From: Batkoa obscura
Taxonomy: Eukaryota
Assembly: GCA_030770535.1 (NCBI GenBank)
Contig: JASVEC010000019.1
Coordinates: 434,001-498,000 of the forward strand
DNA length: 64,000 bases
Reading direction: 5' to 3'
Below are positions 26,101-39,380 of this stretch, in pieces; position 1 is the first letter of the stretch; the number at the start of each line of letters is the position of its first letter. The position numbers and the translations under genes were made by a program. The notes under the pieces are model-generated. The model had not been told where the DNA came from. It did not search any database and worked only from the letters and a program-made list of their open reading frames with translations.

Positions 26101-27067
26101 ATACAGAAAAGAAAACAGCCAATACAGAATCTGGACTATAGTTTTCTTCATCGATCAATTTAGCACCATACCACATCCCAAGAGCATAAGTAAAGAATAA
26201 AATGGTTAAAATAGTACCAATACCTAATCCAGTAATAATGGCTTTCCTAAATCCATCTTTACGTGCTTTAAAGATTTTAGTTTCATAACGATCAACTTCA
26301 CGCTTTTGAGACCCAAATGAGTGGACAGTTCTAATAGCAGCAAATACTTCTTCAGCAATAGAACCAGCTTCGCCATAAGCTGATTGACCACCAGCGGACT
26401 TTGAAGAGATTAATTTGGCAATGAATGCACCACAACCAGCTAATAAAGGGACAACAGCCAATAAAACTAAAGTTAATTTCCAACCTTTGACAAAAGCAAT
26501 AACAAAACCAGTAATAAAAGTGGATACATATTGTATCATTAAACCAATTTTTTCTGAGATACCTTCTTGAACTAAATTAACATCACCTGAAATTCTTGAA
26601 GAAATATCACCAGAAGAGGAGGAATCAAACCAACCCATTTCTTGAGATAAAATAGCACGGTAATAATGGTGACGAATTCTAACTGCTTGTAATTCACCAG
26701 CAGCCATCCATAAACTCATTTGGCCATAAGCGGTAACTAAAGTAGCTATACCAATCCAAACAAATTGTAAACACAAGCCATTGACACTAGATTGTAAGGT
26801 TTCCCTAGCACCTACTGGGTCTATTTCGACTTGTTGGACAAAAGTAGTAAATATATTGATGACACCAGCAAAGATTAAAGACATTAAGGGTTGAGCTACG
26901 CCATTCAAAATAGAACATACAATAGCTAAGAAAATGATAAATATATCTTTAGTGGTAGCAAAAGTCCATAATTTTAGTAATGGAACTGGAACAATAACTT
27001 CTCCTTTTTCTTCGACTTTTGACTTTTCATCAACAACAGCAACTTCTTTATCTTTCTTTTTAAACAT
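23174..27067 (-). CDS. ABCB/MDR1-type full-length ABC transporter, intronless
   Basis: 1297-aa ORF with two TMDs and two NBDs; Walker A/B, signature and H-loop are intact. Confidence 0.97.
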   Translation of the reverse strand: MFKKKDKEVAVVDEKSKVEEKGEVIVPVPLLKLWTFATTKDIFIIFLAIVCSILNGVAQPLMSLIFAGVINIFTTFVQQVEIDPVGARETLQSSVNGLCLQFVWIGIATLVTAYGQMSLWMAAGELQAVRIRHHYYRAILSQEMGWFDSSSSGDISSRISGDVNLVQEGISEKIGLMIQYVSTFITGFVIAFVKGWKLTLVLLAVVPLLAGCGAFIAKLISSKSAGGQSAYGEAGSIAEEVFAAIRTVHSFGSQKREVDRYETKIFKARKDGFRKAIITGLGIGTILTILFFTYALGMWYGAKLIDEENYSPDSVLAVFFSVLIGAMSIGQAAPSLTALATAQGAAAKLFQVIERESLINPFTCTEEMKSLQQKVGDFTGNIKFNDTRFSYPSRPDIEILKGINLNIDSGTTVALVGPSGSGKSTTVGLIERFYDVNGGSVTIDGINVKDVSIEFLRSHIGIVGQEPILFATTIKQNILFGLPNHEYNVNIDSSLQKRIEDACKLSNIHEFIMSLPKGYDTQVGEKGSLLSGGQKQRIAIARALIKNPKILLLDEATSALDSESEKLVQTAIDNASKSRTTVVIAHRLSTIKNADKIVVFDHGHIAEEGSHDELLNRGGIYAGLVESQKIRTEDKKDNGSDKGMDVVPVTKKKSLVVQNEHGDIAIDIDGSEDNELGEIEDTGIIKAITRKSTIKDVQKLREEKLKKEPLPILRVFKMATPWAGLVFLGLVGALIDGAIMPIYSLILTRVSKSFIDIKKPGFHDIGVSDSNFWALMFVVLGVISFFAINARIGALEHVGESITYDIRLNSFKTLLNQEIAYFDNPINSVGILSSKLSTEAEQIQGLISKVTGPIIMAISTMCVGLGIAFANGWKLTLVVLACVPVIALANVLQMRILTNVSIKTKKSYELVSQIASESIVNIRTIAGLTKENIFFDDYITRVNVAHKSALSGAIKASFGYSLSMGSPFLINALAFWYGTTLVASGEYDFTQMFQVITAVLFTGIALGQSSSQLTTFVKSKVAAIDLFELLDRQPAISCSEDYGTRPAKLLGNLELKDARFSYPTRPDAPILQGLDLSILAGKKVALVGASGSGKSTVIGLAQRFYDLNSGSLHVEGTNIKEWNLPYLRSGMAIVGQEPVLFDLTIRENIAYGRPDASEEEIVNAAKMANAHNFILEQPEGYDTRVGERGGKLSGGQKQRIAIARAVLLNPKLLLLDEATSALDSDSEKVVQVALDKAAEGRTTITIAHRLSTVQDCDCIVVMKLGKMVEMGTHEELLELKGYYYSLVTQQQLTKEEE

Positions 27068-29353
27068 TATAAATTATATCTTTATTGTTATAATAAATAT
27101 TTTAAATTGAATTTAAAACTTATAACAAGTTTATTTTTTGATTATTATTTTAATAGTCAAGTTGTTTTCATCTTCTTTTTATTTATATACCTAAATGATT
27201 ATAAAACAAAGTATATTTTCAGCTGTCCTTTGAATTGTGCCACATTAGTCCAACTCTGGATAAACTCTACTGACCAATTAGATACTATTTATATTATTAT
27301 ATCACTCTTTATTGGATAGATCGGAACTACGCCATCTTCTATGTTGACCCGAAATTAAAAGGATAAACTGTGCTTATTCTTAGGATTTAATGCTTTTTAT
27401 TTAAAGCTAATTTTGATGCCAAACTTTAAATGTTAAATTTTCATTACCTTTACACAGGGGCTAAACTGTAAGCTTCCATTTATAATTTTAAGAATAGTAT
27501 TTTTATTGAGAGTGGTTTATTTTTAGAATTGCTATGGAAATGAGGGGAGTAGAGTTGGATTATGTAAGAATAAGATGAAACCTAAAGATGTTGTAAGTTG
27601 TCCCGATATTTAAAAGAAAAGGGAAATTCTGGTTGGTAGTGTTTTTATTTATATCTTCAGTCTAAAATTTTAAAAATTGTATTAAGTTGGATTACTAATA
27701 TCAAAAAAGAAATGTTTATTGTATACTCTTTTGCGCTGAGATAAGCAAATAACTTATCGGCTATTTCTTTTAAGCAGACTCAATTTTCTCCAAACAAAAA
27801 CTTTTTGAAAATCAAAAATGCTAATCATTTACAGTTAAAACAATACTAAATGCCTAAAAAACTCTAAACTTTGTATTTGAAAATCAATATTTTAAACTTC
27901 AATTATCAACTCCACCATATCTATCTCATTTTAAGCTCCTTCATAGCTTTAAACATCGAAACTAACTGACCTTGAGCAATTTGATTGTCTCGTCTTCTCC
28001 TCAGCTTAAAAAAGAAATTCTATCACAACCAATCGGATAAGGCTATCTATGACATAATATACATTTGGATAAACTTTAATTGTATGCATAATAAAGTAAA
28101 TTATACGGTTGTCCCAGCTCTTTTATGACTTTTTAGTGATGATTTTATAATTAAATTATTTGCACAGCTCATTTTTTATAAAGCTTAATCTATAGATTTT
28201 AATTGAGTGTACTATAATTTTTTTCTTCAAATGAGTAGTTAGTTAAGTCGCAAAGAGTCTGCAACAGTTATAAAATTAAAGATTTTTCTTAAGATGAAAT
28301 CGGAAATCTAACTTGTCCCGATATTATTTCTTATTGAACACACACAGATTAAGATTACGATTGAAACATTAGTTGGTTATTAATCCATTTATGTTGTCAT
28401 CAAGTTGCATTAAAATCAAAGATAAATTTCTATTAAGTTCAAATATGTATAAAAGGTTGGTTTTACTATAGTAAGAGGTTTGATTTGTGTTGGCGGAAAT
28501 TAGATTGTTGAAGATGCTATTAGTTTAAATAAAGTAAGTTTACTTTTATTTCATTTTGAATGTTCATATATTGGACTACTTTGTTGGAATCTATTAGCAA
28601 AAATAGCGTTATAGTAAGCTATATAAAAAAGATAAACTAAGACATCACCCTTGAATTTATTCAATAAAAATTATTATACTCCCTGATATTATAAATCAAA
28701 CTTGAAATTTAATAATTTTTAAATTTCTAATTAAAGTAAGCTATGAAACTAGTTGAATTAAACTTAAAATCAAGAAAGTTCTAAACTATCGGCTTAAAAA
28801 AATATTTTTTTAGTGGATTAATAATCATTAAATACAACTCAATCAATTTTAATAAGAATCAGACTATTAAAACTTATAAAATTTAAATGAAAGAGATAAA
28901 CAAAATGATAAAGTATAGAAATCAGATAATATATCATGTTGTTTTTATAAGCATTAGCATCTTGGTTTCAATCAGAACACTAATAAAATTTAATCTATTA
29001 ACTATTCTTAGAAATTCAAAGTATATAATATGAATAAAAATCAATTTATTAAATTATGTTGATTTTTACGCCAATAAATAAGGTAGTATTCGGGTAATAT
29101 ACTATATCAAGAATCAAACAATATAAACCATTTTCATCTTAAACTTTTAAAATAAACCCAATAGAAACTCACATATCTAGTTTGATTGCCTCAGCTATTA
29201 TAACAAACTCATAGAATCCAATTTATTAAACATAGTTAAAAAATTCATACGAAGTTATAAATCAAACTCCTAGAACCAAGTACTATTTTAATGCAAACTT
29301 TACAATATTGAAATTTAAATACAAATTACCAGGAAAAACTACTAATTAATAAT

Positions 29354-29425
29354 TTCTTCATGGTCCAGTGGTTAGGATTTTCCGCTTTCACCGGAACGGC
29401 CGGGGTTCGATTCCCCGTGAGGAAG
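29354..29425 (+). tRNA. tRNA-Glu (TTC)
   Basis: 72-nt cloverleaf: acceptor TTCTTCA/TGAGGAA, anticodon arm TTCCG-CTTTCAC-CGGAA, T arm CGGGG-TTCGATT-CCCCG. Confidence 0.95.
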
Positions 29426-29472
29426 TAATGTAATTATATTAGTAAAATGCTGGACATTAATTTTTAATATAT

Positions 29473-29570
29473 GGGGATGTATTTTTGTGTTTAACAATTT
29501 TATTAACAATCTTTCCACTCAAATAGTGCTTAAAAGATGGAAAAAGTAATAAAGCCAAAAAAACATCCCC
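29473..29570. mobile_element. MITE family A copy
   Basis: ATAT-GGGGATGTATTTTT...AAAAACATCCCC-ATAT. Confidence 0.9.
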
Positions 29571-29666
29571 ATATATAGGTCTAGTTAATACTTTTAAATT
29601 AAAATCTTTATTAAATAGAAAAATGAAATAAAATAGTTTAATAATCTTCCACTCCTGATTTTATTT

Positions 29667-31689
29667 TTACTTATCAAGTCTAAACGAAAAAAGGTTCTAA
29701 TAAATACATATTCTAAAACAATAAAATAAAAATTCAACTTACCTACAAATTGGATTATTATTAACCATAGAAAGATCCGTTTTATGACCAACTAAAGAAC
29801 GTATATTATCAATACCATATTTAATCATTGTTGGTCTTTCTAACGATAATCCCCAAGCAATCACTCGAACTTCTGGATCAAGTCCCATGGGTAAGATCAT
29901 TTCAGGACGGAACATACCACTGTTTCCGATTTCAACCCATTTACCAAAACCTAATTGAATTTAAGATAAATTAAAATACATGTTAATATATTATAATATA
30001 ATATAGTATAATTCTATTCTTTTGAATATTATAAAACTTACCTTCATGCCAAGAAAAAATTTCCAAAGATGGTTCAGTATATGGATTATAAGCTGGTTTA
30101 AATCTTAAATTAGTCACACCCATTTTCATGAAAAATTGATTTAAAAAGCCAATTAAATCACCAAGAGTTAGATTTTTATCGGCAATAACACCTTCTACTT
30201 GATGAAATTCAGCTAAATGAGTAGCATCTACCGTTTCATTTCTAAAGACTCGGTCAATTGAAAACCATTTGACGGGTTTAAATTCTTTCTGTTAAACAGA
30301 ATATTAATAAAAACAGAATAAAAAACAAAAAATATTAATTGGTTTTTACTTACCTGCTGAGCTAACTCATATAACATATTAGAAGAAATCGCAGTAGTAT
30401 GAGTTCTTAATAATAATTTTTGTGCTTCTTCTTCTTTCCAATCATAACCATAGCCAAAGGAACCATACCCACCTTCAGAATGAACTTTTTTAACACGTTC
30501 CATATAATCTCTTGGATATTTATCGGATAAAGCTGGATCTTTAATAAAAAAAGTATCATGAGCATCACGAGCTGGATGTTGTTGAGGTTGAAATAAAGCA
30601 TCAAAATTCCAAAAGGAAGTTTCAACAAATTTATTACTTGGCATTTCAGAGAAACTAGAAGAAAAAAACAAAGGTTAGTGAAGAGAAGAGAGAAGGAAAA
30701 TACTTGATTTACCCCATTTCAAAAAAAATTTTACGGAATTCTTCTCTTACTTTTAATAAGGGATGGAAATGTCCACCCATGGGATCTAAACCTGTAGCAT
30801 CAAAATTATATTGCTTAAAGCTTAATTTTTGCCATAAATCACTAAAATTAATTTGTTGAGATTATTATTGAGTATTCTTATTTTATAATTAAAAAAATTA
30901 CTTTTGTAGCATATCAACAGTAAGATCAGTAGCTTGTTTTACAACAGTTAAAGCAAAGTTCACATCTTTTTCAATATCATAAGATATAATTTTTCTAATT
31001 ATAAAAAGTTAGATATTATATATTGGATATTTATTGTATGTTTACTTTGGTTCAATAAGTTTACGTTTTTTGAGTTCTTTTAAAATATTTTTATCATCAT
31101 GATTAAAATTAGTTCTAATTTTAATTAAATCTTCTTTAGTATTATCAACAATAGAATCAACCTAAATAATATTCAATAATTAGTCTCAAATCAAATATTA
31201 AACTTATAAAATCAAAACTTACACTTCTATAAATCATGTCCCCATCTTTTTTTAACCATTGATTTTTAAAAGCTTTACCTTGCCCAACTTTTAAACTATT
31301 TTTATCTACTTTATTACCCAACTCACTCAAACTAATCCCTTCAACTGGTACCGCATAATATACTTTACTTTCATGACTACCTTCATTAGCTAACAATTCA
31401 CCTTCTTGAGTTAACAAGTGAATTTCTTTTTCAATAATTTTATATTTTAACATCTAATATAGAAATGAAATATAATAAAGAGTAAATAAATAAATATTTT
31501 TAGTTAGTTAGCTTCTATTTTTATGTTCTATTTTACCTCTTTACTAGCAAGTGAGTTTAATACCCCTAAGATCACTTGTTGATCTAGTTCTTCTCCATTA
31601 ATGGGATCTTTCATACCCTTACTATTGAGGGTATCAACATTCTCAATCAATTTTAAAATATATGTTTGTAATGCTTCGGTAGTTGCCAT
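29667..31689 (-). CDS. FRS2: Cytoplasmic phenylalanyl-tRNA synthetase alpha subunit, about 9 exons
   Basis: Spliced reading [12 protein letters not shown]...[111 protein letters not shown], with 8 short GT-AG introns. Confidence 0.95.
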
Positions 31690-32609
31690 ATTGTTTTTTA
31701 TTTGGAAGTAAAAAGCAAGTGACTTAAAGAAATATGGAATTTCGAACTTGATGTAGGTTGAGATTGTAGTTTGATTGGTGAGTCATATTTGTTGGTTTCC
31801 CATAATTTATGAAAAGATTAAACTTTTGGACAAATAATGGGCATAAAATAATGTTGATTTTGAAAGAAAAAGATAAATTTGTTAGATTAAGAGTTGTGCG
31901 TAGTTGGATGTCTATGTATGAGTCAATTTGATATAGGATTTCTATTTAATTTAATATCATGGAATAACTAGCTTATTGATTTATAAGTTTATTTTATTTT
32001 TCATCTGTTAGTTATATTATAACAGTATAAAAATCAAACTTTATAGTTAATCTTAAGTTTTTTTAAAAATTTAAAGGATTATCCTAAAGTGTTCAATTTT
32101 GAAAACAAATGAATTATACTAAAGTAATACAAAGGAGAAAAAAAGAGTAGTTTTAATAGTTCAAGTTAACTAGATAAGTATTTAAATTAGTAGTTATAAT
32201 ATTGATTCTTTATAAAGGATAAAATAAGTAATTTAATAAATGAAATTATTTTATTGAAAATTATTTAAAAATTAATCTTTAATTAATAGTATACAAATAG
32301 CTATAGTTGTAATATATAGCTAATAAATAAACAAAAAAAATTGAAACTTTTAAATAAAAATATAAAAATGTTTCAAAAGTAAATTTCATTAATATAATAA
32401 TTTAAAAGTACTAAATAATCAATAAACATAAAACTTATACAATTAGTGATTTTTATTTATTTATAGTGTTAGTTTCTATAACTTTATAATATATTTCAAA
32501 ATAAATGAAATACTTATATAATAAAGTAAAAATATTAAAACAGCTGCTATAATTGGATAAAGTTAAATAAAATAAAAGCAAAAAGGATTTTTACTTAATA
32601 AATGTGTAT

Positions 32610-32707
32610 GAGGATGCTTTTTTAGTTTCATCACTTCTTCCATTCTTTAAGCGCTATTTGAGCAGAAATATTATTAGTAAAATCCTTAAGCAAAAAAATA
32701 CATCCCT
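32610..32707. mobile_element. MITE family A copy
   Basis: GTAT-GAGGATGCTTTTTT...AAATACATCCCT-ATAT. Confidence 0.8.
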
Positions 32708-33197
32708 ATATGTTACATATTATGTTTTTAACTTATAATAATTTTAGGCAAAAAACATTCTGGTTGCCTTTTTTATACATTAAATTCTATATTGTCATGT
32801 TACTAATTTTTTGTATTAATATATATATGAAATTTTCGTGTTATTCTACTTTAAAATTTATTTTATTGATTTTTATTTTTTTATTTTTTTATTTTATTTT
32901 TAAGCCAGGCTATTAACTTAAAATTAAGCAGATGAATTGAAAAAAATATAAAAATAAATAATATTTAAAATACTAATTAAATGAATATTAAGTGACAGTA
33001 ATAAATAAGAATTATAGTATTAGATCAATTAATATACATGATAATTCTAACCATTTTTTCTTTCTTTGATATTTTTTATATGAAAACTATAAAAAATGCT
33101 ATAATTGATATTGAGTAAAAATTGAGCTTTAATAAACAAAAATTGTAATAAAAAATTTTAAGAATAAAATGATTTAGGGTAAACACCTTTATTGTAC

Positions 33198-33293
33198 GGG
33201 GATGTTTTTTTTAGTTTTGTTACTTTTTCCATATTTTAAGCACTATTTGTACGGAAAAATTGCTAGTAAAACTCTTAAACAAAATACATCCCC
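33198..33293. mobile_element. MITE family A copy
   Basis: GTAC-GGGGATGTTTTT...AAATACATCCCC-GTAT. Confidence 0.85.
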
Positions 33294-33609
33294 GTATAGT
33301 GTTGGTTACTAGCTTTTGTTTAATAAATAGTCTCTTATTAAATATTAGTTATGTTATTATTATCTCAAATATTATGTAACGGTAGTGGGTTTTTTTACCC
33401 CAGACTAAATAGGTATTTTTATTTACTTAAAGCACGTTATAGTAATGTTTTTTGACCTAATAGTTTATTACTAATATTTTTCAAATTTATGCCTAAAAAA
33501 TGACCAAAACAAAGTAAAACAAGTACTCTTATCAAAATTTCAGATAAGGGTTTATAATCAAAAGAGCAATCAATACATTAAATCTTTATGTTATAAAAAT
33601 TCATAAAAT

Positions 33610-33702
33610 GGGGATGTTTTTGGTTTCATCACTTTCCCATTCTAAGCGCTATTTGAGTAGAAAGATTGTTAGTAAAATTTTTAAACAAAAAAATACATCT
33701 TT
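33610..33702. mobile_element. MITE family A copy
   Basis: AAAT-GGGGATGTTTTTGGTTTCATCAC...AAATACATCTTT-GAAT. Confidence 0.78.
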
Positions 33703-34343
33703 GAATGTTAAAAAACTCCAATTTATATTCAATATATAATTTGCTTAATATTGAAGTTGTAACCTGTTAATACTAAATTAGATTAAAGTTAGTATTAGAT
33801 TAATATTAGAATACGTTGGAGTTTGTATCCGTGTTAGGTTTTAAAATTAAGGTTAATACTGGTTTAGTATTAAGTTGAATTTAAACTTAATAATAATTGC
33901 AATATATGATATTTATCTGGTTTTATTAGTTTGCTAGATATTAACATTCTAATATAATAAATTACATTAAATATAAATATTTTATTAATTTATTAATCTT
34001 ATTATTTTCATTAATTTATTAATAAGGTTCTTTCACCAAGAATAAAGTTTAAAGAGCGAACCAATTATATTCATGTATTAATTATTATTGGCAATTTGGA
34101 GAATCATTTGATAAAGCTATAAACCAATAAAATAAAGAATATAACAAGTTTTATCATAATATTTAGAAATTTTTCACAATTGATCCTTAATTTTAATTCT
34201 TATACCAAAAGATTAAATTCCGCAACTAACACATCAACAAAATATAAATTTCATCATTTAGTTTAGAAATATTAATCTGAACCTTTTTTAATTTATTAAA
34301 TTTAACTCAAGCAATTCACTTTATCAAAACATAAACTAAAAGA

Positions 34344-36163
34344 ATGAACAGTATCACTATAAAAAAATCCCCATCCCCAACTCAAGAGCAGAAAGACTTA
34401 AAAGCATTTATACATGCCAAGGAATTTATTCCCTCCCAGCAGAAATCTTTCAACTTCAATAGTAACATAAACAATAACTTAAACTATAACTCCTCACCAC
34501 AAGGTATAATACCAATTGACAATTCAGCTTACAGTAACCAATATTATAATGAGATACCTTATTGGATGAATGAAGATAATGAAGGTAATGATATGTATGA
34601 AAAGATGGCACAATTAGATAAAAAGGAACGATATCAAAGTAATAATAAAAGTATAGATTATGATAATTTATTAACTGGATGGGAACCTATGAGTGAAGGA
34701 TATAACAATATTAAACAAGATAAAAACAATGATAAATTTCAATATAATAATATTGATAATAATATTAATAATAACATAGATTTTGAGAATTTATCTAATG
34801 AATGGGATCCAGTAAGTGAAGTTTATGATAGTAGAAAACAAATTAAAAGAGAAAATAAATCAATCTATGATAAGAATAATTTGTTAGGCTATGACAAGGT
34901 AAGTGATTAAATTGTTGTTAAGGGTTATGGGCTAATATTTTTTGTTATTAAAGGAGAAAGGGATGAAACAAAAAAATAATAAAAAGGAGGATTGGATTAA
35001 TAATTTATTAGATGATAAAACTAATGAAATGAATAAAAATATTTTCAATACAAATGAACAAGTAAGTAAAAATAAACTATTAATAAAAATTATAATTTAA
35101 TGTTTTTATTTTTATTAAGGAAAAAGAGAAGGATATAAAACAAGAAGACAATAACAGTAAGAAATCTAATTGGAAAGATTATTATTTAGAAGATAAATAT
35201 AAGGAATTAAAATTAAAATATAATCTAGATTTTAAATTAACAAATAATAAGGGACTGGAGTTAAATAATAATAATAATAATAATGATATTACAAATATTG
35301 ATAAAGAAAAAACCGTATTAAAAGAAATAAAAAAAAAGACAACGTTATTAACTGAAGCTGTAGAGAATATAAGTATCAATAAAAAAGAAGAGATTAAAAA
35401 AAGGGGTGAAATAGAAACTACAACCAATAATAATAGTCCTAAAAAAGAAGAAAAAGAAAGTAAAGTACGAATTATTTATCCAATTAAAAGAGAGAATAAT
35501 AAAGTTAATAATAATTCTAAAGAAGTATTAATAAGTACCAATTATGATATCTTCCCCTTAACTAAAATTCATCGATCAGGTGTAGCTTATGGGTTGTTAT
35601 TGGATTTATCTAATATTAATCAACAATCAACAATGCAAAATAATAATAATCAACAGTCAATTGAATCTATTATAATACAAACAATTAATAATACATTCCA
35701 ACACATAAGTTGTTTAGAATATCGAAGTAAAACTAAATTAGAAATCGGTTTTTATAATAATAAAGATAGAGAAAGGGCATTAAATACTCCATTAACAATT
35801 AACAATCACTCCATAGATAAAGTTAAAACCTATCATTTTGATGATCCCATCATTGGAATCACTATCACTAATCTTCCTTGTGACTATGTTGGTGAAGTAG
35901 TAGAATCTCAAGTAAACAAATTTTTATCCAAGTATGGTAATATTGTTTATTGTAAACATTTAAAGTACACCAACACCAATATTTATATGAGATTGGTAGC
36001 GGCGGCTATTATTCCATTTGAAGGAGTAGATAAAGAGGATATTGATAGATGTTTTAAATTGAATAATTTTACTGTGTTTTGTCATCCTGAAGGAGCTGCT
36101 GAGAGGTGCTTTAAGTGTAATTCGGAAGAGCATAAATCAAATCAATGTGAAGTTGTAAACTAA
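34344..36163 (+). CDS. 3-exon, 568-aa protein: PAM2-like motif, Asn/Lys-rich linker, LINE ORF1-like RRM-type region and CCHC zinc knuckle
   Basis: Exons 34344-34898, 34954-35061, 35120-36163 joined by phase-0 GTAAGT..AAG introns form one open frame. N-terminal HAKEFIP; C-terminal CFKCNSEEHKSNQC (CX2CX4HX4C). Confidence 0.75.
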
Positions 36164-36359
36164 TAGATCTATTAGCTTATTAACTTGATTCTACTCGACT
36201 ATTCTTATTTTCTTATTAAATTCACAAATAAAGCTATAAAAAAATCAAACTTTATAAATTTATAAACCGTCTTTATTTTATTTAAAAAAAATATAAAATT
36301 TATCAACTGGGTCAATCTACTCAATAATCTATATTTTAATCTATATTAAATTGTATTTT

Positions 36360-37984
<1,625 letters not shown>

Positions 37985-38313
37985 TTTTTTAATTTAAAAA
38001 AAAAATTGAATCCAGAATTTGAAACTTTCAAAGATATTAAAATTGAATGGAATAAACTTGGATACTTTTTTGCAGCCAATTAAGCTTTAATTTAGGATTT
38101 ATGGAGTTGTTTTTTGGATTTTATGGTTAGCTATTAGGAGTTTTGATTTTTATGTTAGATAAGAAATGAACAAAACTAAAATTCAATGTAGTTTCTAAGA
38201 ATTAGAATAAAATTAATTTTATACTGATCATTTAACCCCCCTTTAATAAAAAAAAGTAATTTTTAATACTAAAATTCCCAAATTCTTGTAAAAATGATAA
38301 TCAACCTTTAAAC

Positions 38314-38385
38314 AGGACCCACCGAGAATCGAACTCGGATTACAAGGATCAAAACCTTGGGTGCTAACCATTACACCATGGATCC
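38314..38385 (-). tRNA. tRNA-Gln (TTG)
   Basis: GGATCCATGGTGTAATGGTTAGCACCCAAGGTTTTGATCCTTGTAATCCGAGTTCGATTCTCGGTGGGTCCT folds as a cloverleaf with anticodon TTG. Confidence 0.95.
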
Positions 38386-38855
38386 CGAATCTACTAGCAA
38401 TACGCAATATTTTAAAATTTATAAATACTAAGTAAACCATAATCCAATCCAGCGGGAAGCATTTCAATAGAAATAAGAAAATAGACAATGGTCCTTGCAT
38501 AAAGTTGAAGGATATCTTTTCGTATATCGATTGATAGTTTTTTCTAATATTTGTAAACTCGAAGCTTTTTTTATTGAAAAAAATTATTTTTATATTGATA
38601 TATATTATTTTGACTTTGATTCTGATTTTAATATTTTATGTTTTAAGTTTTAAATTTATAAAATTTAGCTATTTTCTATTTCTTTTGCAGTTCTAATAAA
38701 ATAAATATCAGAGTACTATAATATTACATATCAAATATTTTACTATTATGCTATGTTTTTTTTTAAAGTGTATTTATATTTTAATATTTATTATTTTAAA
38801 TTTATGCAATTTAAAATTAAATTGCTGATAAATTAATAAAAATATAAACAAATAT

Positions 38856-38953
38856 GAGAATGTTTTTTTGACTTCATTACTTTTTCCATCTTTTAAGCGC
38901 TATTTGAGTGGAAAAGTTATTAGTAAAATTCTTAAACACAAAAATACATCCCC
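38856..38953. mobile_element. MITE family A copy
   Basis: ATAT-GAGAATGTTTTTTTGACTTC...AAATACATCCCC-CTAT. Confidence 0.85.
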
Positions 38954-39282
38954 CTATATTAAATAAAAGTAGTTATAGTTTAAATCTTTAATTATAATTA
39001 GCTAAAAAATAACAAAATTAACAAAATTAATAGTTAAAATTTAGGCTAAAAGATATCGAAGTTATGATAGAAACTAAAACAATATAAATAATAATAAAAA
39101 TAACTCTATTTGATAAAAACAAGTTTAAAACTTATAAATATTTAAAAAGATTATTAACTAATATATAAAAAGCTATTTTAAATTTAAACAAGATTGCCTG
39201 AAACAAACTAAGTATAAAATTAGAATTCTACATTCATTGATTGATAAACTAAAACAGTATGTGTTGATTATTAAAATTGATT

Positions 39283-39380
39283 GGGGGTATTTTTTTTAGT
39301 TTTATCACTTCTTCTATTCTCTAAACGCTATTTGAATGAAAAAAGTATTGATAAAATTCTTAAAAAAAGAATACATCACC
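39283..39380. mobile_element. MITE family A copy (degenerate)
   Basis: GGGGGTATTTTTTTTAGTTTTATCAC...AATACATCACC. Confidence 0.7.

Noticed and set aside
33770..33890. Loosely 6-bp periodic TTAG-rich stretch resembling interstitial telomeric repeat
   Set aside because: No intact TTAGGG units; not distinguishable from a decayed microsatellite.
38243..38500. 85-aa ORF
   Set aside because: It overlaps tRNA-Gln and has no protein features.
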